IMG/VR virus record: IMGVR_UViG_3300017917_002918
Span: 64,001-128,000 of that record
Direction: 5' to 3' (one strand)
Length of the DNA stretch: 64,000 nt
Origin: a virus
Positions 52,702 through 63,157 of this stretch are shown here, piece after piece. The notes below the pieces were generated by a model. The model was not told the origin of the DNA, ran no database searches, and saw only the letters and a program-made list of their open reading frames with translations. Both the position numbers and the translations under genes were made by a program. Each line of letters begins with the position of its first letter. Within the stretch, counting starts at the first letter, position 1.

Positions 52702-53874
52702 TTACGCTATTTTATATTCATTATAATCTCTTAAATTTAATGAAGCATTATGGTCTCTGTCATGAATTACTCCACAAGAAGGACATATCCATTCTCTATC
52801 ATTTAAATTTAATGCCTTATTTATATATCCACAATCATGACAAGTTTTAGAACTTGGATACCATCGACTCACAACTCTAACTTCAGTGTTATTCCATTTG
52901 CTCTTGTATTGCAATTGTAGTCTAAACTCATATAATGATTGTTGTTGTATTGCTTTTGATAAGTGCTTGTTCTTCATCATACCTTTGATATTCAAGTCTT
53001 CAATTACAATAAAGCTTGGTTTTCGCTTTATTATTTCAGAAGTTACTTGATGATTATAGTTATTCCTAGTTCCATTTAATTTATGTTGTACAGTTTTGAT
53101 TTTTTTTTCAAGTTTAATTATATTTTTAGTTTTTACAAACTTTACACCATCTTTGTTTTCTTCATATTTTCTTGACACTTGACGTTGTAATCTTTTCTTT
53201 TGTTTTTCAAGTTTTCTAATCTTATCAGATTTATTTATATTTTTATAAGTTATATTATCTGAGCATATAGCAAGATCTTTAATTCCAACATCAATACCAA
53301 TTCCATCATTTTGAGGTGTTTCAAGATTATCAGGGAATTCAACACCAACACTTATGAACCAATGTAAACCATCGTGAGATACTCTAGGATTTACATATTT
53401 AACATCTTTCCCGAAAGGAATTCTATTATGTTCAGCTAATCTTACCCAGTTTAATTTCTGCTTGTTTTTCTTGGAACTTTTAGCAAATCCTTCGAATTTA
53501 ACATGTGTAGCGTTAAACTGTATTTTTATATTGTCTTGATAAAATTTGGGTGGAGATTTCTTACGACTTTTAAATTTAGGGAATTTTGCTAATCCTTTAA
53601 AGAATTTTTGATATGCAATACAGGCATCTTTAATTGCTTGTTTTGATACATTATTAGAAGTATCGTTTAGCCACTTAAATTCTTCGATTTTCTTCAATTG
53701 TGTGAACTCTTTTCTTAAATCATTGTCACTTATAAATTTACCACCATTATCATAATTCTCTTTTTCTCTTGCCAGTGCCCAATTATAAGCGAATCTCTTG
53801 ACTCCTGCGTTTTGAAACATTAGTGTATTTTGCTTGTTATTAGGTACTAGCATTACTTTCATTCCCTTTATCAT
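52702..53874 (-). CDS. tnpB: RNA-guided endonuclease TnpB
   Basis: HTH N-terminus; RuvC GIDVG / IEDL / DRDHNA intact; CHDC..CPSC zinc finger. Confidence 0.95.
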   Translation of the reverse strand: MIKGMKVMLVPNNKQNTLMFQNAGVKRFAYNWALAREKENYDNGGKFISDNDLRKEFTQLKKIEEFKWLNDTSNNVSKQAIKDACIAYQKFFKGLAKFPKFKSRKKSPPKFYQDNIKIQFNATHVKFEGFAKSSKKNKQKLNWVRLAEHNRIPFGKDVKYVNPRVSHDGLHWFISVGVEFPDNLETPQNDGIGIDVGIKDLAICSDNITYKNINKSDKIRKLEKQKKRLQRQVSRKYEENKDGVKFVKTKNIIKLEKKIKTVQHKLNGTRNNYNHQVTSEIIKRKPSFIVIEDLNIKGMMKNKHLSKAIQQQSLYEFRLQLQYKSKWNNTEVRVVSRWYPSSKTCHDCGYINKALNLNDREWICPSCGVIHDRDHNASLNLRDYNEYKIA

Positions 53875-54493
53875 CGTTTTCATCTCCTTCCTCAATTAAT
53901 ACATCAATCATTTTTCTAGCCTTATTGGCTCTTTTACCCTGCAATCTACAACTAAATACTGTAACTATTTGAATTAAATCTTCTACCAATTCCTGTTGTT
54001 CTGTTTTTTCCGTACTATCTAATATTTCAATTTCACAACCATTTAAATTCGCTATATATTCTACTAATTCGAAACCAAATCTCAAAAGTCTATCTTTATA
54101 GAGAATTACTATTTTATCTATCTCTTTGTTATTTATTTTTTTTAGCAAATCTCTAAGTCCCCTTTTTTTATAATTAATACCACTTCCAATATCAGTTATG
54201 ATATCATAAGGTTTGTTAAGAGAGTCTAGATATCTTGTCATGTTTTCAACTTGTCTAGCTAAGTCGTCTTTTTGCTTGTTTGAAGACACTCTACAATAAC
54301 CAATTATTACTTTGGGTTTTGTTGTGTCATCGCTAATATTTAAAACTTCTTTTAATTGTTCATGTGAATAATACCTATATCCACCTGCTCCAGTGTGATT
54401 GGGTTTTAATTTTCCCGAAGAATCCCAATTTCTCAATGTTTGTGGTGTTCTTCCTATAAGTTTGGAAAATTCATGTATGCTATAATACTTCAT
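53840..54493 (-). CDS. tnpA: IS607 transposase TnpA (MerR-HTH plus serine recombinase)
   Basis: TLRNWD..G...GGYRYY; YCRVSS..QKDDL.RQ; DIGSG; DRLLRFG. Confidence 0.95.
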   Translation of the reverse strand: MKYYSIHEFSKLIGRTPQTLRNWDSSGKLKPNHTGAGGYRYYSHEQLKEVLNISDDTTKPKVIIGYCRVSSNKQKDDLARQVENMTRYLDSLNKPYDIITDIGSGINYKKRGLRDLLKKINNKEIDKIVILYKDRLLRFGFELVEYIANLNGCEIEILDSTEKTEQQELVEDLIQIVTVFSCRLQGKRANKARKMIDVLIEEGDENDDKGNESNAST

Positions 54494-55266
54494 AATTATC
54501 ACCTCATAAATATATTGTAGCATACATGTTATAATTTGTCAAGTATTTTTATAACTTTTTATAACTTATTTAAAACAGTCGACCACCTCTCATGTTTATA
54601 ATGCAATTATTTAACTTATAAATTAATAATAACATACTTATTATTATTATATTGTCAATATAATTTTATACATTTTTATAAATTAATTTTAATTAATATA
54701 AAGTCCATCTTTTATCGGATAATTTAAAAATACAACTCTTGCAGGACAAGAGTTGTAGGTGTGGGAATTACTGTAATTAATGTGGATGAGATGGATTTGG
54801 ATTAAATTGGAAGTGAAATTTCTAGATTTGTGAGTTATGATTTAGGTCAAAACTTTGCAAAAATAGTAGTACGCAAGAACATAGTAATAGCAAGGTTATT
54901 CATAATTGTGTTATTATATATCATTGATCTTTAATCCTAACACTACTCTAACACATACGTATCAATGGTTATGGAGTGAAAAACGATAAACATATACTTG
55001 TCCCCTCGTGGTAGTTCAAAGTCAAGTACAGCTTTGCACAGCGTAAATGCCTTGGTGGCATTTCCTCGTAGCATTATAAATGCTCTGTGGCGCATTTATA
55101 ATATATACTATTAACTTTTTCTTTCGTCCGTGGAATCCGATGAATGAAGGAATATAATAAATGGATAATTGCACGAAGTGCAAACCAAGCCCATGGGGCG
55201 CGGTAGAACGATTCTTGCTATTGTTGTATTAAATCCGATACCAATTTTCTATTTTTTCAATTTAAC

Positions 55267-55334
55267 TTAATTTACCCCCTCAAAATAGGAAATTACTATT
55301 ATATAGTGTTTTCCTAAAACAGGGGGGTAAATTA
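55267..55334. repeat. Long imperfect palindrome downstream of the helicase gene (candidate origin element)
   Basis: TTAATTTACCCCCT..TAGGAAA..ACTAT-TAT-ATAGT..TTTCCTA..AGGGGGGTAAATTAA. Confidence 0.7.
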
Positions 55335-55339
55335 AAAAA

Positions 55340-57010
55340 TCATTCAATAAGTTTCATTATTTTCCATGCACTTTTATATTTTTTCTTTTTTCCATCAATA
55401 ATTCTACTGGTTTCAAATTCTTTAATAGTAAAATTACTATTTATTTCATTTAAATAACTGTTGAGTGTATCAATATTTTTCAATAACTTAATATTATTAT
55501 TTTTAATATTAGAATTATGTGTATCGATTAAATTTATTTTATTTATTAATTCATTCCTATCTTTTGATTCTAACATTACGTGACCGACTATAGAATCAAG
55601 ATATTGTTCAAGACTTTCTAATTCTTCGTTGTCATAAGTATTAGCTATCCAATTATTTTCCATATATCTTCCTCCAATCCATGATAACTGCTCACGAATA
55701 AAAACATTACCATCAATTTCTTTAAATTTCTTTATCATATTTTCGCAAAAATCCTTCAATTTCAAATGTGACAATAAAACCAATCTATTAATTTCCCACT
55801 TTTTGCGTTCTGTTCCTTGTTGTGCCAAATGATCCTCCACAACATAGAATAATCCTTTTGCTAAGTTATGATAGCCTCTATCATACTTCTCAGCAAATTT
55901 TAGTTTATTATCCCTGTACTCTTTTAATTGTCGTTCAGCAGGTTTAATACTAAGATTCAATATTGATTGAAACGTTCGGGCATCTCTTTTCTTTATGTAT
56001 AAATTAACTCTATCAGGATTATTAATATCAATTCTTTTCCTACCAAAGAATTGAATGAAATCAACCTTATTAATACTAATTATGACTATGTGTTTAACTC
56101 GTGGATCTTTAATGTTAACTCCATTATCTAATGCTTTAGTTGCAATTAAACATTTACATTCAAAGAATGATTGTTCAATTATAGTTTCCCTAGTTAATTC
56201 ACACATATGATCTGCATAATTATTATCTTCAGCACAAACAAATTTTGAACCCTTGATCCTGTTTAATAGTGTAATTGCGGTAGTATTAGAGTCAATAAAT
56301 ATCAACCATTTGTCACCAGAAGTATCGTTATTAATAGTGTTTATTATGTCATCATTGTGTTTGAAATAGAATGTATCCACATATGAATAATCTCTTCCAG
56401 TTGAATACTCATACAACTTGTGATTCTTGCATTGTTCACTGAAAAATTTAATCACAGAACCCTTCAAATTATCCATTGTTGCAGATATAAAGATAGATAT
56501 AACTTTATTATTATATTTTCTCATATAATCGAAAAAGAATATATCTGTCATTTCATTAAATGATGCATCTTGAAACACATAATGAGCCTCATCAAATACA
56601 ATATAATCGTATTCAAAGGGCTTTTCATAATCAAATATAATCTGTTCATTATTAGGAGTATTGTGTATAGATTTGTTATATTTTGATTGATATAGATCTG
56701 TAGTTATTTTTTGATAGGATGTAACAGTAATAGAACCTAATCCACTCATCTTTCTTAACTCGTCTTTGGGTAGAGTTATGCCATATTCGGCAAATAGATC
56801 AGTCTTGATTTGATCCTTTAGGTTAATACGGTTACATATGTATAGAATTGATTTGTCATTTGATTCAGCATAGTTTTTTAATTTGTTTATTATGAAGTTT
56901 GATTTACCTGTTCCAGTTTGGGAATCTATAATTATATAGTCTCCTTGATTCCATTGTTTGTATTCTTCACCAATAACTTCTGAAACATATTTTAGATTTA
57001 GTTTAGTCAA
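55340..57010 (-). CDS. SF2 DEAH helicase, putative replication initiator / origin-binding protein
   Basis: SQTGTGKS, DEAH, SAT, ATKALDNGVNI, IQFFGRKR. Confidence 0.8.
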   Translation of the reverse strand: MTKLNLKYVSEVIGEEYKQWNQGDYIIIDSQTGTGKSNFIINKLKNYAESNDKSILYICNRINLKDQIKTDLFAEYGITLPKDELRKMSGLGSITVTSYQKITTDLYQSKYNKSIHNTPNNEQIIFDYEKPFEYDYIVFDEAHYVFQDASFNEMTDIFFFDYMRKYNNKVISIFISATMDNLKGSVIKFFSEQCKNHKLYEYSTGRDYSYVDTFYFKHNDDIINTINNDTSGDKWLIFIDSNTTAITLLNRIKGSKFVCAEDNNYADHMCELTRETIIEQSFFECKCLIATKALDNGVNIKDPRVKHIVIISINKVDFIQFFGRKRIDINNPDRVNLYIKKRDARTFQSILNLSIKPAERQLKEYRDNKLKFAEKYDRGYHNLAKGLFYVVEDHLAQQGTERKKWEINRLVLLSHLKLKDFCENMIKKFKEIDGNVFIREQLSWIGGRYMENNWIANTYDNEELESLEQYLDSIVGHVMLESKDRNELINKINLIDTHNSNIKNNNIKLLKNIDTLNSYLNEINSNFTIKEFETSRIIDGKKKKYKSAWKIMKLIE

Positions 57011-57043
57011 GTGTATTCTCCTTTTTGTTTTACTGTTTAATAG

Positions 57044-57241
57044 TTACGGTTTTTTATTAAGACTCTCCATCATTAATTCTCTTATATTACCTTCTTCGCG
57101 AAATGCAAATACCGTTCTTGCAGGATCATATTTATCAGGCTTGATATCTACAATTGTAAAACCCAGCTTTAATAATTGTCGTGCAAGTCGTGATGTGAAA
57201 ATTAAAATTACTTTTTCGTTATTCAAAGTAACTGAAGCCAT
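57044..57241 (-). CDS. DUF5659-like small DNA-binding protein
   Basis: IFT.RLARQLLKLGF.IVDIKP.K.DP.RTVFAF. Confidence 0.65.
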   Translation of the reverse strand: MASVTLNNEKVILIFTSRLARQLLKLGFTIVDIKPDKYDPARTVFAFREEGNIRELMMESLNKKP

Positions 57242-57487
57242 TTGTAAATCCTCCTTGTTTGTGTACTTTTTGTTTGAGACATTATAATTTAATTACCTAC
57301 CAATCAAATTAACCACTTTCTTCCATATATCTATATAACAAAAATTAGAGAAAAGATTATACTTTCCCCTAATTATAGTATAGCACACTTTTTATAATTT
57401 GTCAAGTGTTTTATGCCCTTGTCATAAATTGATTACATACAAATAAATTCAATTGTCAAGTTTCTAGTTTTTCATATTCCAATGCTA

Positions 57488-57790
57488 TTATCTCCTCAAA
57501 TAATTAATTGAATAAGCATCTGCACAACTTACACCATTGTCTGGAGCATTAACATTACCTCTTGCATGTTTAGCAGGCTTTGCGTAGCAAGCAGGTTTGA
57601 ATATGTCACCAGTTTCTTTGTCTATAAACGCATAAACTGAATCTTGACCATATACAGTTTTGATTACTTTGTAATACTTCTTACCCAATGTTACAGTAAG
57701 TGTTGCAGGGGATGTTGTGTAAACAAGGTCAATCTTCTCTTGTACACCTGCTATAAATTTTTTAACATTATCATATAATTCTGTGTTCAT
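57488..57790 (-). CDS. Conserved phage hypothetical protein
   Basis: GKKYYKV...SVYAFID..TGDIFKPA.Y.KPAKHARGN. Confidence 0.65.
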   Translation of the reverse strand: MNTELYDNVKKFIAGVQEKIDLVYTTSPATLTVTLGKKYYKVIKTVYGQDSVYAFIDKETGDIFKPACYAKPAKHARGNVNAPDNGVSCADAYSINYLRR

Positions 57791-57947
57791 GATTCATACC
57801 TCCAATATATTAGTAATTATAATTTAATTAATAAACACATTTTAGATGCTACTCGACCTCACACAAGGTCACAGGAGCAATTTATTTTACATTGACGTAA
57901 ATTCATACTATTTATTATGTCGATGGATTATACGGTCAATTATGATT

Positions 57948-58658
57948 CTAGTCACGTTGTGACTTCCTAAATGGTAATAGTAATATATCCTGCATTGATG
58001 ACGTAATGAATACTGGATTAACTGGGCTATTAGCAGGTAAATGTAATGTTAGTGTCTTGTCTGTAATTAAGTCTACAGCATCGATCAATAGCTTTAAGTC
58101 ATATGTGTAATCCGAATGTGGTTGCTGATATTTTCGTGATTCATTTGTGTATTTAACATTTATAGTTGAGTGAATTGGTTCTGAATTTGCAATTAGTGAT
58201 TTATCAATTTTCGGTAAATCTAATTCAAATGAAATAGGAATTTCTAGATTTATAATTCTTCCATAATCTGAAATTTCTGAATTTTCAATTTCTAGATTTA
58301 CAAGTTTTCTTGATTTTCTGTGTACCTTGTTTAGTTGCTTCAGATTATCTTGTAACATTGTTAATAGTTCTCGCTTGTCAAAGGTAATTTGGAATGGATT
58401 ACCTGTGTCTAGATTAGCCTTGACATTTATTATAGTGTAGTTCATAAGGCTTTGCATTTCCTTGTCCTCAATTCGGGTATAGTCATTCTTTGTGTTATCC
58501 TTATAGCACATAGCCATCATGAATCTATTGGATGCAATGTAGTATGACTCAGACTCATGTACATGTTGTAACATCGGGAGCTTGGGATCTTCTACTGTTA
58601 TTTTGCTTAGTTTCTTGATCATACGATCGTGTGCTGTTCTGTTAGTGTTATTTGTCAT
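57948..58658 (-). CDS. Truncated DNA polymerase III beta-clamp-like protein
   Basis: PMLQHVH...IASNRFMMA and YDLKLLIDAV..I....LTL....PVNPV.I.....LLLPFR resemble DnaN domains 2 and 3. Confidence 0.5.
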   Translation of the reverse strand: MTNNTNRTAHDRMIKKLSKITVEDPKLPMLQHVHESESYYIASNRFMMAMCYKDNTKNDYTRIEDKEMQSLMNYTIINVKANLDTGNPFQITFDKRELLTMLQDNLKQLNKVHRKSRKLVNLEIENSEISDYGRIINLEIPISFELDLPKIDKSLIANSEPIHSTINVKYTNESRKYQQPHSDYTYDLKLLIDAVDLITDKTLTLHLPANSPVNPVFITSSMQDILLLPFRKSQRD

Positions 58659-59188
58659 TTTCGTTTACCTCCGCAGGTGTAGTAAATACTGGTACTTCTT
58701 GTGATACTGATATTGTTGGATTAGCTGTTTTAGCATAGTGTAATATCTCTTGCTCTATTTCTATTGGTAATGTGTCATAGAACTTCACTTCCCTATCAGC
58801 AGATATATGAGCTATTCTTTTGTAATCACCATGTTGTGTCTCTAGTGAGTTCCAAACTGTAATGCCATTTCCAAAGTGTCCATAACCTAATTTATATTGT
58901 GTCATTGTCGTTTCCTCCTGTTCTTGTTATAAATTTTCCAGTAGAATCACCAAGTACAATTGGTGTTGTCTTTCTCATCTTCTTCTTATACAGTCTACCA
59001 TGTGAGTCCTCAGTTTCAAGTTCCAAAGTCTTGGATGTGACTGCTGTTATGTTAATGATTTTTGCCAAGTAGCCAAAATTATATACTCTGTAATCACCCA
59101 CTTGTGCATATTGTGCTTCTGTAGCAGGACACGAACCAATTGACTGTAACTGTACTGACTTGGTATTTGTCATTGTTATCATCTCCAT
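58648..59188 (-). other. Two hypothetical early genes (58648-58905, 58892-59188)
   Basis: Overlapping ORFs with GGAGG RBS; TTGACA promoter near 59245. Confidence 0.55.
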
Positions 59189-60369
59189 TTCATATATTTA
59201 ATTTATGACTTTATATTTAGTTTAGCAGAGTTGAATTGTATTGTCAATATATTATTTGTAATTAATTTATAATTTATTCATTGTGGTATTGTTTGGTTGT
59301 ATTAGTTAGTGCTGTGTGAGCTTATACAAGGCTACAGAGGGATATATTATTAATTATATGTGAAAATATGTGGGTGAGAATTTTGGTTCTGTTCTATAGT
59401 GTGATATAGTTTAATTTTCGGTGGACGCAGAAACCGTTGCTGTTCTATAGGGGATAAATTGAAAAATGTGGGTCAAAAAAGCGTTGCTGTTCTGTAGGGC
59501 AATTTTTTGTGATTGTCCTCCCTCCTACCCTGTGGGACGGCGTGCCGGTCGCCGGGGCTTGATGCAGCAGCTCCTGCCAGTATACGGGATACGATGTGAA
59601 CAAACGTTTAGGCTGCTGATCCAAGGGAAAATATATACAGATGTTTGGACAAATATATACATTGGAGCTATGGCAGGAGATCGGGAAAATACACTAGAAA
59701 CGGAAAATAAAATTGTATATATAAAGGAAGGAATACATATTTTTTTGATCTAGCAGAATCTATATAATTGTATGATGCAGTAATGGCAAGTTATACATGG
59801 TTATTTGATATAATGCATATTGATAAACATAAATAATAAATAATATGTATATAATGAAGCAATTAAATTATAATTATTGTGATATTGGATGAATAATTAA
59901 GATAATAAAAGGATATACTAGTTATATAATTGTAATTGTATTATATCGGGTAATATGTGGATTGATGTATAAAATATAATAGTGTATTATAAAAGAGTAG
60001 TAAATATTGTTGTTTGTTCTTTGAAAATTGAAAATTGTTTGATTGTGTCTTTAGTTTATAGCCTATTTTTTTTGTAATACATATAATTAAAATAAATAAT
60101 TGGAGGCGTAAACAATGGATAGATGGGAACAAATATATGAAAATAGTGAAGAATCAAAAGCATTAGGTCGCTTTGAATTTGGTATGAAAGAATTAGAGAA
60201 ATTAATTAAACTAGTAAAAAGAGGTTTAATTAAAAAATCTGAATATAATAAGGCAAGAAAGGAAATTGAAACGCAATTATTAAGAATATAATCTATTTTT
60301 TTTGAAATAGGTTATAAATTAAAGACATAATCAAAAAATAAAATAATATTTAATTTTTTAAAGATTATA

Positions 60370-60399
60370 TTGACAGTATATTATTATGTATGATATAAT
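60370..60399 (+). promoter_or_regulatory. Strong SigA-type early promoter
   Basis: TTGACA-18bp-TATAAT with extended TG. Confidence 0.75.
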
Positions 60400-60530
60400 G
60401 AAATAGTAAGTTAATGGTCAAACTACTGCAAGAGGTGACTTGCAGATCATCGGTCAATGTGGTGACGTAGGATCAACCGTCACAAAAAGTAATACATAAT
60501 TAAATTATAATAGTAAAATCAATATTTTAT

Positions 60531-60809
60531 TAGGTCTAAAGACCTAGAAAGGGTAAAAGGTGGAATTATGATGTACAAACTAAAACCCTATGAAAATTGC
60601 ATACAAAGGATAATAGATATTATAAGTGTAATTGAGTTGACTCGTGACTATACAAATGTATCAATTACTAACGAATGGGAGACAGAGACTCACGTATATG
60701 AGGAAATAGCATATACTAATGACATAATGCAACCACGACAATTTTATACAACAAAGTCAAAAAAAATATAGGTCTAAAGACCTAGAAAGGGTAAAAGGTG
60801 GAATTATGA
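60531..60809 (+). repeat. 41-bp exact direct repeat of a hairpin+RBS+start leader
   Basis: TAGGTCTAAAGACCTAGAAAGGGTAAAAGGTGGAATTATGA at 60531-60571 and 60769-60809. Confidence 0.9.
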
Positions 60810-62318
60810 AACAAGAAATTAAAATAGAATATAATAATACATGTGTGTTCTTTTGGCAACATACTTTTAGAACTGCACTTACTCACGCTAATTATTTTAT
60901 TGAAAGAAACAAAGGTAACTTTGAAATGAAAGTATATTTATTAAATGAAAGTTATTTTGGTGAAAAATGGAAATTATTTAAAACAATTAAATAAATAGGA
61001 AATAAAAGTAAAATTTTATAAAAAAATGGAGGTAATAAAAATATGAAAATTTATAGTGAAATGTCATTATCAAATTTTGAATTTTGGAGTGGTGCAAAGG
61101 TTAACGCCGAAAAGCTCACTCTAAAAGAGATGGATCAAATTGAAAATATACTCGAAGATCTATATTCTGAGGGTATGAGCGAAACGGAAATTAATGACTT
61201 ATTTTGGTTCGACTTTGAAAGTATTTTGGAATGGATCGGGAAAAAAGAATGTGATCAATGTGGGGAAATATATGAAGGTCATTTTTGTGAATGTGAAGAA
61301 GAAGAAGAAATATAAAACTACAATTTTACTAGGAGCTTACACGCTCCTAGTGAGATAATAAAGTTCTGATTTTATTAACAAATAGTTAAAAAATAATAAT
61401 AAAACCTTGAATTTATTGTAAAAGAAGGGATTGATAAAACATGGTAAAAAATAAAGAGGAATTAAAACCGATCGGATCTTTTTGTATCTCAAACAATATG
61501 GCAATAGTGATTTATGATATAATCTATGGAATAGATGATAGTATTTTAGCAGGTTACAACGATAAAAAACCTAGAAAGTATAGACTTTATTATAATTCAA
61601 AAGGTGCATATTTTAATTTCGGTAAAATAAGGGTATACATGGATCGAGTTATGAGACTATAAAATATAACATTTATTGTTAAAAATTGGAGGTAAAAAAA
61701 TATGAGAGAATATAGTTTTATATTTGAAAATGGAATATATACGTTAATAAACACTAAATATAATAATATTGAAGTTTTTGGAATAGGACACAAAGATCGA
61801 AAAATAGCGTTAAAAAACGCAAAAAACTACTGTAAGAACACATTTTCAAAACTAAATGTTTTAGCATAAAACAAAGGAGATCTATTATGAATAATAAAAT
61901 TGAGGCATTGAGGAAATATTTAGGAATTAATGAAGAAGTTGAAATAGTTGAAGGTTATGACACAAATATATTTGAAGTTGAGGGATCGGAGTATCTAGTA
62001 TTAACTAATGAAGAAGCGAACGAAAAAACACAGGAATATATACTTGAAACGTTATGGGCTTTTAATGCAGATTTTATTCTAAAAAATTCAGTTGTAATTA
62101 ATTGGAATAATGACACAAAAAAAGCATTAACAGAAATGCAAAGTAAACTTTGTGAGGGATCAAACGAAATTATCAAAGCAATAATAAAAGATATGGATCA
62201 ATTTGTTGAAAAGGCTATTGATGCAGATGGCAGAGGGCATTTTTTATCAACTTACGACGGGAACGAGAATGAGGAAGAAGTTAACGGTGTGACTTATTAT
62301 ATATACCAAACAAACTAA
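60568..62318 (+). other. Plus-strand operon of small early-type genes (60568-60771, 60806-60994, 61043-61315, 61441-61662, ~61702-61869, 61887-62318)
   Basis: Strong RBSs; acidic products (NFEFWSGAK; DADGRGHFLSTYDG) typical of phage early genes. Confidence 0.65.
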
Positions 62319-62339
62319 TTAATTTATGATAGAAACATC

Positions 62340-62370
62340 AAGAGGATCTAAAAATAGATTCCTCTTTTTT
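62340..62370 (+). terminator. Intrinsic terminator
   Basis: AAGAGGATCTA-AAAA-TAGATTCCTCTT followed by a T-run. Confidence 0.7.
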
Positions 62371-62641
62371 GTTTATTTGTCTTTATTTGTATATATACAT
62401 TAACATATTATACTATTATTTAATTATTGCTATTAGTTGCTTTAAAATTGACTCGTGAAGAATCGGGATCTGGTGTAATGATATTATATTGCTAGGCGTG
62501 AATTAGTTGATTATTAGTGGTATTTTAAAGGTTAATATTTTTAGGTGTGGAGTATAATTAATCAATTTATGATTTAAAACTTTAAGTTATATTGCCAATA
62601 TAATTAAATTATATTGTTTATTGGTTTATTTGTGATTTATA

Positions 62642-62671
62642 TTGACAGTATAATAATTAGTGTGGTATAAT
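62642..62671 (+). promoter_or_regulatory. SigA-type promoter
   Basis: TTGACA-18bp-TATAAT with TG; operator-like motif at 62601-62615. Confidence 0.7.
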
Positions 62672-63157
62672 TGTATTAAGGTAATTAAATTAAATATATG
62701 GAGGTTTTCTATTATGTTAGAGTCAATCAACGCATATTTTCCCGATGAATCAACAAATAATGATGTAATTGTTAACTTAAAATACAGGGACTATAAAAGC
62801 AAGTACGCAACAAATAAGACTGTAATTGGTAGTTATGACGCAACAAACAAGACTATAGATGTTATATTTCCCAAAGATCAAGCCGAAAAACTAAATAATT
62901 TGGGTAATAAGTATCAACAAGAAACATTTAGTTTTTTATTTCAAAAAAATGACGGTACTATGATTGTTTTAGACTTCGAAGCTAAAACAAAAGATAATGC
63001 AATTAAAAACATGGAAAAATACACAAAAGGTTTGTTTCTTTTGTATATTAGAGAAGTGATCGCAGGTGATGGCAGTTATGCAAAATACGAAAGATATAAT
63101 ATATCTAGAGGTGACATAAATATAAATTACTATTTCGGAGGAAAAATAAATGTATAA
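62660..63157 (+). CDS. Hypothetical early protein
   Basis: Probable start at ATG ~62713 with RBS GGAGG. Confidence 0.6.
   Translation: MWYNCIKVIKLNIWRFSIMLESINAYFPDESTNNDVIVNLKYRDYKSKYATNKTVIGSYDATNKTIDVIFPKDQAEKLNNLGNKYQQETFSFLFQKNDGTMIVLDFEAKTKDNAIKNMEKYTKGLFLLYIREVIAGDGSYAKYERYNISRGDININYYFGGKINV

Larger units (their letters stand above)
52535..54584 (-). mobile_element. IS607-family insertion sequence
   Basis: tnpA (serine recombinase) overlapping tnpB; ends at GG dinucleotides (LE GGTCGACTG..., RE ...TGTAACGG); subterminal TTATAAAAAGTTATAAAAA in inverted orientation at both ends. Confidence 0.85.
13237..61675. repeat. Dispersed gene-junction motif AT(A/C)AA-N8-TTTA(T/C)T
   Basis: About 25 copies read at gene boundaries; positions listed in findings. 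Confidence 0.7.
1544..62615. promoter_or_regulatory. Dispersed 15-bp operator-like motif TAATTAAWTTATGAT (more than 20 copies)
   Basis: Copies at 1544, 6941, 7130, 7175, 10304, 12086, 21857, 22158, 23564, 23964, 27409, 31299, 31439, 37759, 40097, 44417, 44598, 48996, 57281, 57421, 57816 (minus) and 60497, 62316, 62601 (plus). Confidence 0.8.

Noticed and set aside
660-57287. Numerous plus-strand ORFs in the track (e.g. 660-980, 7835-8110, 9540-9914, 33187-33615, 56958-57287)
   Set aside because: Antisense shadows of well-supported minus-strand genes, with no RBS and biased composition.
59466-59753. 95-aa plus-strand ORF across the GC-rich island
   Set aside because: No clear RBS, atypical composition and overlap with repeats; more likely non-coding.
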